A DNA stretch of 64,000 bases from Naegleria gruberi (Eukaryota): the NCBI GenBank assembly GCA_000004985.1, contig GG738892.1; one strand, given 5' to 3'. This document shows, piece by piece, positions 33,344 to 44,698 of the stretch; within the stretch, counting starts at the first letter, position 1, and each line of letters opens with the position of its first letter. Made by a program: the position numbers and the translations under genes. Below the pieces are notes generated by a model. That model searched no databases and was not told the DNA's origin. It worked only from the letters and a program-made list of their open reading frames with translations.

Positions 33344-33738
33344 TACATGGACCCCTTTCACATGGAAAATATTGTGGAAATATTTGATAGACTTGGAATT
33401 GTTCTGGATGTGTATTATTATGAAAGGTATAAAATAGATGAGTATGTTTTCGATTGGTAAAATACGCAATCTATCGAAATGAAAATAATAAAACCAAATC
33501 TTTGTAACAGTATTGACAAATTTCGTTGATTACCACTGTAAAAAATCGTATATGGTAGAAGCTCACTCAACATATTCTTCATCCAAAAGGCTGGGGTTGA
33601 ATGCTGCCTTTTAGGTCATGGACTTTATTGAACTCTTGTCCATTTAAAAACTTGTTTACTCGGTAATTTATTACAGAATTCTCCTGAACAAAATAATGAG
33701 ATAGTGTAATTACATATTTTACAGTCTGGTTTGGTTTT

Positions 33739-35347
33739 TTATTGAATATGTTGGCTTTCTTGGTAAGTTGGAGTAGCACTGAATCGTTGATAACCCTTAA
33801 TTACCTTATTGATAGCATCGAGCATATCCTTTTCGGAAACTGTCTTTCTTCTTGCTCGAATAGCAAACATACCAGCTTCTGTACAAACAGATCTAATTTC
33901 AGCACCTGTAGCATTAGGACACAAACGAGCCAATAATTCATATCTGATATCCTTGTCAACGTTCATATTCTTGGCGTGAATTCTGAAAATGTTAGTTCTT
34001 GCTTCAAGATCTGGAAGACCAAATTCAATCTTACGATCCAATCTACCAGGTCTCATCAAAGCAGGATCCAGAATATCTGGTCTGTTAGTAGCCATGAGAA
34101 CCTTAATATTACCACGAGCCTCAAAACCATCCAATTGGTTGACAATTTCAAGCATAGTTCTTTGAACTTCATTGTCACCACCAGCACCATCGTCAAAACG
34201 AGTACCACCAATAGCATCAACTTCATCAAAGAAAATAATACAAGCTTTACGTTGACGAGCCATTTGGAACAATTCTCTTACCATACGAGCGCCTTCACCG
34301 ACATATTTTTGAACCAATTCAGATCCAATAACACGAATAAAGGTAGCATCGGTTCTGTTAGCAACAGCTCTAGCAAGCAATGTTTTACCAGTACCTGGTG
34401 GACCATAGAGCAAGACTAATTTTTCAATTAAAGTAAAAACTCAAATAGTGACACTTACCTCCTTTTGGTGGGTCAATACCAAGACCTTCGAATTTTTCTG
34501 GATGGAGAAGTGGTGTCTCAACAACTTCACGGATTTTATCAATTTGCTCCTTAGATCCACCAATATCATTATATGTAATATCTGGTTTTTCTTCCACAGT
34601 CATCATTGTAACACTGGCATCAATTTTTGGAGGGAGTGGAATACGAATTTGATATTTTGTACGATCAACACCAATACGCATACCTTCTTCAATATCTGTT
34701 GGTGCTACGTTTTCTCCTAATCCTACAACATATTTAGCAATTTGACGAACATTGATGAGGTACTTTGGTTCCTCTTCATCATCATCAATAATTTTTGTAC
34801 ATCTAGCAACTTGCAATGGCATTTCATGTTGAAGAGTTGCTTTATCTTGTTGAATATCCCAAAGACTTGGATTTGCCAAGCCAGTATCAGATTCCTTTAC
34901 ACCACATAATTCATTTACTTCTTGTACCATTTTCTTAAGGCCATCTTCTGTTTCTTTTCTATGATATTGTTGATTCAATAATTATAAAATTGATCCAAAT
35001 TAATCCGAACAATAAAATTGTAGCAAGTTGATCAGGTTGTAAATCATCATTTTCAGTCATTAATGTTAGTGTTATGAGTTATTGTTATTAACGAAAATAT
35101 AGTAGATATACATTATTATACAATATAAGTAATATGTTAAGATTGTACAAAATCTAAGCTACTTTGTTTTGAAGCTAGCGACTTACATTTTTCCAGAGTA
35201 TGGTCCTTGTCCATATCGTTTAATCAATTTAATTTCTTCGGCATCCAATGGATTTATAGGTGTATCTTTCTTTTCATCTTCCTTGTTATCACTTGATTCT
35301 GGTTTCTTTTCCTCTGGTTTCTTATTGTCTTGTTCTTGTTGAGACAT
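33739..35347 (-). CDS. PSMC2: 26S proteasome regulatory subunit 7 (Rpt1, AAA-ATPase), 3 exons.
   Basis: Minus-strand exons are 35187..35347, 34459..34958 and 33739..34415, with introns of 228 and 43 nt. The protein is near-identical to human PSMC2 over long stretches ([91 protein letters not shown]-terminal KFSATP). The exon junctions reproduce human YSRQIKQVEDD (ours YSGKIKETEDG) and PPKGVLL.GPPG. Confidence 0.9.
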
Positions 35348-35513
35348 TTTTTGATTTTGTGTTGTATGGTGTGTTTGAAGTTAAGTGCTAAAAATAAAAT
35401 TGTGTTTCCGTATTTTTAGTCTTCTGCATGATCCAAAGCTAACATCAGCTGATTAGAAAACAAAATGTTGATGATGGATTTGTAATAAGATTGAATTCAT
35501 TTATTGTTTGATT

Positions 35514-37801
35514 TTAATCATAGTCATTGAAACTTTGTTCCTCATTTTCAAAGGATCCAAGTATTTGCTCCAATTCTTCACTTGGCATGAATACTTCACT
35601 GCCATAAGTTGGTGGAATATTTGTCACGGTTGGAAGAAAGTTATGTTGTAAATGTTGTGGATTAATATCAGCAAAGGATGGTGGTAAATGAGTTTGATTG
35701 ATCATATTTACATCAAATGAATGTTGTTGGGATTGGATTGAATTATTTCTCATAGAAGATGCTTGAACACTGATAGTGTTACAAATTTGGGAAAGAAGTT
35801 CTGATACAGAGGGATCATTAAGCGTATTATTTGTTGGATTGATGGGAATAAATGCTTGTTGAGGTGATTGGAATTCTCCAGATGAGCTAGAACTAGTGTA
35901 CGGTGATGAGGTTGAGGAAGAGGATGAAGACATGATTTCTTCAAATCTTGGAGGTTGAGGATTAACATTTCCAAATGGTAAGTTAGGATTCATAGTTGGT
36001 GCTGTTTGAGTGTTAATTACAGGTTGTTGGGTAGGTGGTTGTTGTCTCTTTGCAATTTGGGATGTTAATTCCTCAATTGAATTGACAGTATTGGTTCCTT
36101 CTATTACTTCTGCTTGTTCTTTCATAATTATTCCACAAAACTTGTTAACTCTTCCATATCTTGTTCCTAGTATTTTCAAAGCTCTTAATCCTTTAGCTAC
36201 ATAATCGTAATAGTCAATACCCTCTGCTAAATTAACTCGTTTTCCAACTCTTATCATTCTAATTATTGACAAGTGAACTTTACAAGCGCCAGCCACAACA
36301 CTGGTTAAGGCTACAGGTACAACTGGGAATGTTTCTTTTGTAGTTTCATCAATAATCTTGTTGGCAGATACTTCAATTAAGTGACCTCGAATACCAGCCT
36401 CAATTAAAATTCTCATTCGAGAACCATGATAGACCATACTGTCAGTAATGGTGGCTAATTCTCGTTGTTCAGGAGTAAACGAAAATGTTTGATTGTGAAG
36501 AGTAAGGAATGAACAAACGCTATCTAGTAATCCAAGATAACTAATGACGTTTTGAGGAGTAATTTTCTGTTTAGCAATTGTCATATATTCCTCTGGCATT
36601 TGTCTACCAGTGGCATATCTATAAATTAATGTCAGTCTTGTACACATGAAATGTTCATCTTCAGTTGAGTGATAATTTTGTGAATCTATACTCAATCGTG
36701 TAACTGTTTTAACCTTGTCCAAATTTTTCATTTCAGGTGTCAAATTATCATGATCCAACAAGTTCTTTTCTTTGAAATAGTAATCTACATTATTTAAATA
36801 GAATCTTGCTCTACTATCATCTCCTTCTCCTGCAAAAAAGTAACTAATGTAATTAAATGTACTAACTACAAAGAAATCGTCACACTTATCGAATAGGGAT
36901 GATAAAAGTTGTTTTGAAATATTGATATCTTCCATAGCTCGTTCTCGTCTTCCTAATCGTTGTTCAACAAGGGCTTGAATAGAAAATACTAAAGCCATCA
37001 ATTCTGTATTATTATATGGATTTTCTGTAAAGAGAAAATCTTCCAAGACTTTTCTTCCAACAACAGGATGCCCTCCTGAAACAATATTGAAATAAGAATC
37101 AATAGTATTAATTTTCAAAAATTGTTTGTAGAGAGAGTAATTCTCGCTTAATAAATTATTCAATGTTGATGGAATGAGCATTGTTAATTTCTTTCTTAAT
37201 TCAAAATCTTGTTCTGGATTTGTAGGAACAGGATATGGATCTTTTCTTTGAGAGTATTTCAATCTACTTCCTTGTATTTCATTCTCCGAACTTATTAATA
37301 AATTACTTGCTTGATTTTGAGAAATTGCCAATTGATTTGTTGATGATCCTGGTGCTCCTGTATCCTTCTTCTTTTTGTTTTTACCTCCTCTAATTCTTCC
37401 TTTCTTTTTTGGTTCTCTATATATACATTCTCTTCCTCTTAGTTGGCATTCACTGCAAATTGGTAATTTCTATTTAAATAATAATAATTAATATTAATTT
37501 CAAAAGTATGCAATTTATACTTACCTTGTCACACTACACAATGATAAATTAATAATCATACAAGTTAAATTCCTTACCTTTTTATGCTAAACAATAAATA
37601 AATTAATAATCAATTAATTGATAAAATCCTTACCATACTTCTACAAGTTGCACAAGCAATAGGATGATATGAAAAATTTGGATCTCTTGGTGTATCATCA
37701 TTATCAAATTCGTCATCATCATCAAAATCATTAGCTTGTTTTCCAACAAGAGATTCTGAGCCGAAAGTTGACATCGGATTGAATTCTCCAGATGAACTCA
37801 T
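35514..37801 (-). CDS. Gal4-type Zn(II)2Cys6 binuclear-cluster transcription factor with a fungal-type middle homology region, 4 exons including two proposed 9-nt microexons.
   Basis: Minus-strand exons are 37634..37801, 37578..37586 (cataaaaag = HKK), 37525..37533 (tgtgacaag = CDK) and 35514..37469. The spliced product reads CATCRSMHKKCDKKLPICSECQLRGREC, which is exactly C-x2-C-x6-C-x6-C-x2-C-x6-C. Each microexon is flanked by an AG acceptor and a GTAAG donor. The downstream 605-aa ORF carries Gln/Pro/Ser-rich activation-like tails. Confidence 0.65.
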
Positions 37802-38261
37802 GATGTTGTTATTATTATTGTTGTTATTGAGAGTTTTTATATAAAATTTCAAAGATTCTTTTAAATGTGATTTAGTCGATCGAACAACTCCTATTCCGCA
37901 ACAATCAAGTATTAATTTTCTTTAATTTTTTGTTGTGTGTTGTTGAATATTTTCTGATTCAATTTGTCAATGATGATGTTGACGTTTGTTTTTGCTAATG
38001 TTGTGGTGATGAAGGAGATTTGGAAATTTGCCGTTGATTTTTAGCAGCAAGCTTGGCCTTCTTCTCTCTTTGCGCAAGTTTTTAAAAATTTGAATGAATG
38101 GACAAGGGAAAAATAAAAGGCAAGGTTGTTGTATAATACCTCAATGATTCCTACTCAAAATGAAGTCGTTAGATTCCTTATTAATATGATGGAAACATTC
38201 ATAATACTGTTATAAATTGAATATCTGGATTGTCAGAGTTGAGTTGTGTGAATAGGTTTAT

Positions 38262-39087
38262 TTATCCTTGAGCAACATCAGCAGCTGGTTCAGCAACTTC
38301 TTGTTCTCCAGCAACTTCAGCCATCTTGTGAGCAATCTGTTCAACAGCTTCCCAAACGAGGTGAGCTTCTTCTGGATTGGCTTCTTCATCATCAGATGGT
38401 TGTTGTTGTTGTTGGAGCAGTAACCTTGGTGACCTTGACCATCTTGTGAGCCATCTTTTCAACAGCAGACCAAGCTTGTTGAGCTGGGTTGACTGGAAGA
38501 GTAGCTTGCTTTGGAACAACAGTAGTAGCAGCAACAGTTTGTTGTTGTTGTTGTTGAGCTGGGGTAGCAATAGTAGTAGTCATAGCAACAGCTTCTTGTT
38601 TAGCAGCAGATGCAGATTGTTCCAATAAAGTCTTCATTTCTTCCAAAGCCTTCTTCATAACAGTTTGAACAACACCCTTGACTGGGAGGACAAACTTTGG
38701 TCCATTAGCTTGTTGTTCTTTAGCGAATTTTCTCATTAATTTTCTAACAAAACGAACGGAACGAGAGAATTTCTTTGACATCTTTAAAGAATCAACCCAG
38801 TTGGTGACTTCTTCAGTTCTTCCTTGTCCCTTCAAGATGAGTAAATAACGAACCATTCTAGCGAGATTAGTGATGGATTCATTCATTTCCTTCTTATCGA
38901 ATTGTCTTCTTTTAACGGAAGTGGACTTGATCAAATTCAATGACTTTAGATCAGTGAGTAAATTTCCTAAAAATACACTTGGTTGTGGTGTTTCTTCTTG
39001 TTGTTGGGCGAGAACAGATGAATGTGCTGACAACAACAAAACCATCATCAAGGTGGCAACGACAGCAAGTTTGACAAATGACTTCAT
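38262..39087 (-). CDS. Small secreted protein with two copies of an amphipathic motif (NPxxxxWxAVExxAHKMxxV). The reading frame is disrupted inside a (CAA)n/(ACA)n microsatellite.
   Basis: The N-terminus is a signal peptide, MKSFVKLAVVATLMMVLLLSAHSSVLA. Repeat copy 1 is NPAQQAWSAVEKMAHKMVKVTKV in the 38392..39087 frame. Repeat copy 2 is NPEEAHLVWEAVEQIAHKMAEVA in the 38262..38570 frame. The frame switch occurs at the ccaacaacaacaacaacc run near 38410-38440. Confidence 0.45.
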
Positions 39088-39324
39088 TTTTTAATAGGAT
39101 GATATTTTTACTCATTACAGCTTTCTGAGACAGTGATTGGCGCATTAAGTGAATGTGGTTATAATCTCTGTTTTAGTTGTTAGGATTGAAATCAATTTGA
39201 TTACAATAAGAAAAACAATAGTTTGTCAAGCTATTCGAAAGGTTTTTTTGTTTTCCAGCTTGTAGGTTTCCTTTCTCCTTTACCTGCAATAAACAAGCAA
39301 GATTCATAATGGTGAGAAAAGGAA

Positions 39325-39382
39325 ACATAGAGTAAAAAGCCAAAAATGGAGTCATAGGGAATCGAACCCTAGACCTTCTGCA

Positions 39383-39413
<31 letters not shown>

Positions 39414-39468
39414 AACCCCTACTATTTTGTTTTTTAAATATACTACTCCATTTGTTAGATTACAATGA
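39325..39468. repeat. About 145-bp segment containing tRNA-Ala, duplicated at 41466..41608 in the same orientation.
   Basis: The 73-nt tRNA is identical in both copies and both flanks are highly similar (agtaaaWagccaaaaatgg... and ...ataacccctactRttttgttWtttaaa-atatactactccatttgtta). Confidence 0.7.
39347..39419 (-). tRNA. tRNA-Ala (anticodon UGC), copy 1.
   Basis: A 73-nt cloverleaf: GGGGUUA acceptor stem with the G3:U70 alanine identity pair, D-arm GCUCAGUUGGUAGAGC, anticodon loop UUUGCAU and T-arm GGGUUCGAUUCCC. CCA is not encoded. Confidence 0.85.
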
Positions 39469-39622
39469 GCTCTGTCTCGCGTTATTGATCTAGTGTGTAC
39501 TAAAAACTTGATTATAATTTGAATAACATTGAACCTTCAAGCCAATTAGCATAAAAAATGAAACCATTTACACTTCATTCACAAGGTGGGTTTTTTCTCA
39601 TGACTATTTGATTCCAATAAGA

Positions 39623-40756
39623 ATGAAAGCAATATTTGCTGATGATATTTGTGTTGAAATATTTTCCTTCTTATCCGAAGATTGTAAATCGATGATGATT
39701 TATTCTCTTGTTTCAAATCAGTGGTTAACAATCATTCGAGAAAGGTCGAATATTTCTCTTTGCATCAACACAAGAAAAATGGTCAACCATGAATTGTTGA
39801 ATTATTTTACAAAGATAAAGTTTGCGCCATCAACATTTAATGACCTGGGATTTAACAAGATCAATACGAAACGATTAAAAGAGATTGAAATAATGTATAA
39901 TCGGCTTGGTGTTGAAGGAGCAAAATTGATTGGAAAATTGTCTCAGTTGACTATTTTAAATATCAGTAATAATCAGATTGGGGATTTAGGAGCTCAATCA
40001 ATAAGTGAATTGAAACTACTAAAGGAGCTTTTTGCTGATAACAATCAAATTGGCAATACAGGAGTCAGTTTTATAAGCCAATTGAAACAATTACTCAAAC
40101 TTTCACTGATGGGAAATTATTTTGACAATGAAGGTGTTTATTCAATTAGTAAAATGGACCAATTGACTGAACTGGATATAGGAACGAACAAAATCGATGA
40201 AAAAGGGGCTCAATATATTGGTGAAATGAAACAATTAAGGAAACTTTTCATTTCTGGAACTCAAATTGGTTCAGAAGGAGCTAAAGCCATCAGTGGATTA
40301 CCAAATTTGACCAATTTAAATATTGGATACAGTCAGATTGGGATTGAAGGTGCAAAATATGTTTGTGGAATGCATCAATTAACTCAACTTGGAATTGGAA
40401 ACAGCAGAATTGGAGTTGAAACAGCTAAACTAATTGGTCAATTGAAACATTTAACTTTTTTGGTGATTGAAGGTAATAATATAGGTGATGAGGGTGCAAA
40501 ATATATTAGTGAAGCTAAATTGAAGAAATTAGTAATTAGCAATGGAAGAATTGGTGGAGAAGGCGCTCAATATATTGCTAAATTACATCAATTAACTAAT
40601 CTTGACATTAGTTGTAATAATGTGGATACAGCAGGTGCTAGATCAATAAGTAAATTACCCAATTTGACAATACTCGATATAAGTGTCAATAAAATTGGAT
40701 CAGGAGGAGCAAGATTGATCAAAGGAATGACCCAATTGACCAAAGTCATTCAATAA
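39623..40756 (+). CDS. F-box-like / RNI-type leucine-rich-repeat protein.
   Basis: An N-terminal F-box-like segment (ICVEIFSFLSEDCKSMMIYSLVSNQWLTII) is followed by at least 10 repeats of the 24-28-aa ribonuclease-inhibitor-type LRR (LxxLxIsxNxIGxxGAxxIsxLxx). Confidence 0.65.
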   Translation: MKAIFADDICVEIFSFLSEDCKSMMIYSLVSNQWLTIIRERSNISLCINTRKMVNHELLNYFTKIKFAPSTFNDLGFNKINTKRLKEIEIMYNRLGVEGAKLIGKLSQLTILNISNNQIGDLGAQSISELKLLKELFADNNQIGNTGVSFISQLKQLLKLSLMGNYFDNEGVYSISKMDQLTELDIGTNKIDEKGAQYIGEMKQLRKLFISGTQIGSEGAKAISGLPNLTNLNIGYSQIGIEGAKYVCGMHQLTQLGIGNSRIGVETAKLIGQLKHLTFLVIEGNNIGDEGAKYISEAKLKKLVISNGRIGGEGAQYIAKLHQLTNLDISCNNVDTAGARSISKLPNLTILDISVNKIGSGGARLIKGMTQLTKVIQ

Positions 40757-41074
40757 AACAAGAGCATATGTAATTGGAAACTTTATTTATCAATATTGTT
40801 ATTCTCCATTTTCCGTTCAGTGGATTGGAAATCTTGCCATTGTGAATATAACAATGAATAAAAGCTAATTCGTATTTTTCGAAGTTATCTGTTCGGTTGT
40901 TGAATTCCCTTATTGGAAATAAGGGATTATTGGAGTTTTCAATTGCGTAAGCACAATCAATCGCTCAAAAACATTCACAACCAACGCACATTTCGAACAA
41001 CATAAACACAGTTCTACCAGAACATGTTTCTGTTTCAAATAGCATCAAAAAAATTGTTGGAAAATCATTGAAGA

Positions 41075-41398
41075 ATGTCCCAAAGAAACTATCAACTTAG
41101 AACTTACACTCTCAAAACTAAAGAAAGTGCATTACAATACAGAGATATTTGGTATGATCATGTTGAAAGTTTGAAAGTGGTTGGAATTCAAACTCATGGA
41201 ATTTTCATTCCTGTTGATTGTGAGGAGCAAGTGATTGCCTTGGTTAGTTACAATACTGATAAAACAGTTGAGGAATATACATTGGAATATATGAATAGTG
41301 AAGGATTTAAGAAAGATGTCAAGGATTTTGATATTTCAAATCTTGTCAAAGTTGAAACAAGAGAAATGACAGCTATTAAAGGATCTCCATTGCAATAA
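41075..41398 (+). CDS. NIPSNAP-family (dimeric alpha/beta-barrel) protein.
   Basis: The 107-aa ORF begins with the YQLRTYTLK signature and ends ...AIKGSPLQ, the typical NIPSNAP C-terminal SPL. Confidence 0.6.
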   Translation: MSQRNYQLRTYTLKTKESALQYRDIWYDHVESLKVVGIQTHGIFIPVDCEEQVIALVSYNTDKTVEEYTLEYMNSEGFKKDVKDFDISNLVKVETREMTAIKGSPLQ

Positions 41399-41487
41399 AA
41401 AAGAAATGACAACCAGATAACATCCAAATGTGTTAATAAACTTTGCTCAATTGAAAAGTGAATGGAAATAGAGTAAATAGCCAAAAA

Positions 41488-41523
41488 TGGAGTCATAGGG
41501 AATCGAACCCTAGACCTTCTGCA

Positions 41524-41554
<31 letters not shown>

Positions 41555-41560
41555 AACCCC
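41488..41560 (-). tRNA. tRNA-Ala (anticodon UGC), copy 2.
   Basis: Sequence identical to the copy at 39347..39419. Confidence 0.85.
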
Positions 41561-41867
41561 TACTGTTTTGTTATTTAAAATATACTACTCCATTTGTTAT
41601 TGGAGGTGAATAACTATGTCAAACTAAATCCACCTTTTTAGATTCTCCTCAATCATAGTACAACTTTGTAACAACAGTTTCGTTATGTTTCAAACTTAGA
41701 ATTGATTCAATTTCACATTAAAATAAATATCACGATTCAAATTCAAAACTCAACATGAACGTTCAATTTCAAATTCAACTTTTAACTGACACAACGCTAG
41801 CAAATTTGTTAAAATCAACTCGAAAAAAATAACTCTACCGACCATCAACACCAATCAACACACAAAA

Positions 41868-43337
41868 ATGAAATCTTTCAAAGGCTACGAGAGAGTTTGG
41901 TATCCTCCGATGAATGAAGAAAGTTCTCTGAATTATTCTTCTTCAAATCAACATGAAAAATTCCCATTTTCTTTAATATCCTATAATATTCTTGCTCAGG
42001 CACTTTGTAATAGACAGGGATCACAGAAATACTTGACCAAGTCACAAGCAAGGTGGAATATTAGAAGAAATAATTTATTGAATGAAATTTCGCATTATAA
42101 TTCCGATTTGATTTCATTACAGGAATGTGATTTTTATGATAGTTTTTGGAAATCAGAATTGGAAAGATTGGGATATGAAACATTGTATAGTCAACAATTT
42201 AATTGTGAAAAGAATTATCAACCAATGCCATATGGATTATTGACAGCTTTCAAAAAGGACAAATTTAAATTATTGGAATTTGTTGTTTTGGATTATCAGA
42301 AGGAAGCTTTAAAAGATGTCAATATTACTGATATTGAAATTTACGAAGCCAAGCTGAGTGGAAATATTGCTCTCATTAGTGTACTATCACCGATTGACCA
42401 TCCTGAGAAGGTTCTTATCCTTTCTAATACTCATCTCTATTGGAGACCAGCATGCAATTCAGTTCGTGTCAGACAAGCACTCATTCTCATGCAAACAGTT
42501 CAGAAACTGAAAGAAACCTATGATAGCCAATCGTCGTACGAATCGGTTGAGTATGTCTGTACCGGGGACTATAACACTTCTCCGAATGATCCACCCTATA
42601 TTCTCCTAACAACAAGGAACCCCTCAAATAATGAACCTTTCAAGGGCGATTACAATGCTGTAAAATTGTGGGAGGTTATCAATAATGGAACAGATGACGA
42701 ATTTATTAAGGAATTTCCTCTTGTGTTTGTTGAGGAAATCAAGTTGGTTTTGGAATCCAAGTTACAAATGGAGTCGTCATTACAACTAACCTCAAATAGT
42801 ATAACTGTGGCTGATCCATTAAACGGCCAAGATTGCACGTCAATAGACACTGTATCTCGAGAATCAACAGAGGAATGCAACCAGGGTATTAAGGATACTG
42901 TTGTTTCCCAAGAGGAGGTTGAGAGAATTTTCAAAGAGCAATACCAGCAACGAATCAGAAACATTAAGCAGTGTATTCATCAATTTTCTTTATCTCTCCC
43001 TATTATTTCCCTTTATACATTCTATAATAGTCACTGTGACAAGGAAGAAGATATTAAGGCCATGAAGGTACACGAAAGGTGGAGCAATAATGACTTACCC
43101 TATACCACATATACGCCTCATTATATTTCCACTCTGGATTATGTATTTGTTAGTGAAAATTCCACACTTTCATTAACACATCTCTTATCTGTTCCGACAC
43201 CTCAACAAATTCAAGAGGAACACTCACAACTAACTCAATTGTTGGAAGAGAAGGATTCTGGAGATAGTCTCGTTTGGATTCCAAACGATATTCACTCATC
43301 TGATCACTTTAGTTTGGGAGTAAGGATGTCCCAATAA
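41868..43337 (+). CDS. Endonuclease/exonuclease/phosphatase (EEP) family protein of the CCR4/Nocturnin/Angel/PDE12-like deadenylase type.
   Basis: The 489-aa ORF carries the N-terminal catalytic motif FSLISYNILAQ, an internal LSNTHLYW and the C-terminal SSDHFSLGV motif typical of EEP deadenylases. Confidence 0.65.
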   Translation: MKSFKGYERVWYPPMNEESSLNYSSSNQHEKFPFSLISYNILAQALCNRQGSQKYLTKSQARWNIRRNNLLNEISHYNSDLISLQECDFYDSFWKSELERLGYETLYSQQFNCEKNYQPMPYGLLTAFKKDKFKLLEFVVLDYQKEALKDVNITDIEIYEAKLSGNIALISVLSPIDHPEKVLILSNTHLYWRPACNSVRVRQALILMQTVQKLKETYDSQSSYESVEYVCTGDYNTSPNDPPYILLTTRNPSNNEPFKGDYNAVKLWEVINNGTDDEFIKEFPLVFVEEIKLVLESKLQMESSLQLTSNSITVADPLNGQDCTSIDTVSRESTEECNQGIKDTVVSQEEVERIFKEQYQQRIRNIKQCIHQFSLSLPIISLYTFYNSHCDKEEDIKAMKVHERWSNNDLPYTTYTPHYISTLDYVFVSENSTLSLTHLLSVPTPQQIQEEHSQLTQLLEEKDSGDSLVWIPNDIHSSDHFSLGVRMSQ

Positions 43338-43926
43338 GCGACATTAACCTTACCATGTTTTATCTCTCCATAGTAATAGGGTACTTTATTTGTACCAAAG
43401 GATTTGTTTACTGTATTTTTGCTTTTATTTGGACAAGTGTTTCTTCTTTATGTGTGCAGCATTCTTGCCTGCTAAGTGTGTTAAAACTGTACAGTGTTTG
43501 CGCAACCAACACCAACACCACAACAACCTCTTTTTCAATTTGCAAATGGCGTGTTTTTCAAAGTAAAACAAAACATCAATACAATAACCAATTATTTTCT
43601 CTTCTGAATCAAGACAATTTTTATACTCATAGTAATAATCCAATATCAAGACATTTTGTTGTGTGGAAACATTCAACAAGATCAAGGCAATATTATTACT
43701 ACCTCCACTACTACTATAAATTTTGTACACTATATTTATTTATTAACCAAATCCCTTAGAATCCCTTAAATTTTGTTCCCGCCCGAACTTAATAATCCCT
43801 CATATCAACCTCCCCTTTGTACTTTTAACATCAAACAACTTAATTATTTAAACTATTTTAAATAACAGACATTGTACTTCTACTACCAATATTTAACATT
43901 AAACAACCCTCAATACAACCATCAAA

Positions 43927-44646
43927 ATGGGAGCCAGCCAATCTAAAAAGAATCAACAAGCACAACAAGTTCAAACTCAACACACACCACTCCGAGAGGA
44001 ACGATCACAGAGTTTACATTCATCAAGTACTCCAATTCCTGTCAAGAGACAATCCTCAACACCTGTTGTTTCCCTGACCATGAAACGAAAGACCTCACTT
44101 TTCACAGCAAAGAGTGCAAGCCCACCTCCAACACGAGTCCAGTCAGCAACGAGAAATTCACCAATAGTTTCGGCGGCTCCTGAATGCAGAAATGAAGATG
44201 ACTTGATAATTGGTACTCCACCAAAGAAAAGAAATAGATCCTTCTCCATGCCATATAAAGTTGTTCCACTGAATGTGAGTAGTGAAGAATCCATGTGGAG
44301 AGAATTAAGGAATGCTAATAATGGTGAAATGCCAACTCGATGCCAATCAGCACATTCAATGCCACAAAGCCCAATCTTACCAACTAGTCCAACAAGCCCA
44401 GAAGGTCGTCTTCTTCGACGATTGTCAAAAGCTCACTCTAAGAGTGAACAAGATTTACCATCCATTCTCGTCACACCACCTAAAGAGATCTCCAATTTGG
44501 AACACTTATCACCTTCACAACGAAAGAAATGTCTAGCCAAAAGTCCAACAGTTTTATCTGGTCTGAAAACGCCGTACATTATCGAAACTGGTGAAAATCT
44601 TCCAAAATCTCCAATTTTTGCTAAGGGTGTTTTAATTAATGCTTAG
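43927..44646 (+). CDS. Disordered Ser/Pro-rich protein with a predicted N-myristoylation signal (MGASQSK).
   Basis: The 239-aa ORF begins MGxxxS and contains many S/TP sites and basic patches (TPPKKR). It has no recognisable domain. Confidence 0.4.
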   Translation: MGASQSKKNQQAQQVQTQHTPLREERSQSLHSSSTPIPVKRQSSTPVVSLTMKRKTSLFTAKSASPPPTRVQSATRNSPIVSAAPECRNEDDLIIGTPPKKRNRSFSMPYKVVPLNVSSEESMWRELRNANNGEMPTRCQSAHSMPQSPILPTSPTSPEGRLLRRLSKAHSKSEQDLPSILVTPPKEISNLEHLSPSQRKKCLAKSPTVLSGLKTPYIIETGENLPKSPIFAKGVLINA

Positions 44647-44698
44647 TTTTTGTGAATAAAACACTCTTGTTGTAAACTTGATTTCCAAATTGAAAAAA

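Noticed and set aside
32528-33469. Long ORFs on both strands consisting mostly of X.
   Set aside because: They are artefacts of translating the 766-N assembly gap.
38377-38628. Plus-strand ORF (83 aa, Ser/Leu/Cys-rich) antisense to the secreted repeat gene.
   Set aside because: It is a low-complexity translation of the complementary strand of Gln/Glu/Ala-rich coding sequence and has no independent support.
39173-39355. ORFs starting MTPFLA... at 39173..39355 and 41248..41496.
   Set aside because: Both are generated by the duplicated tRNA-Ala flanking segment and overlap the tRNA genes on the same strand. They are spurious.
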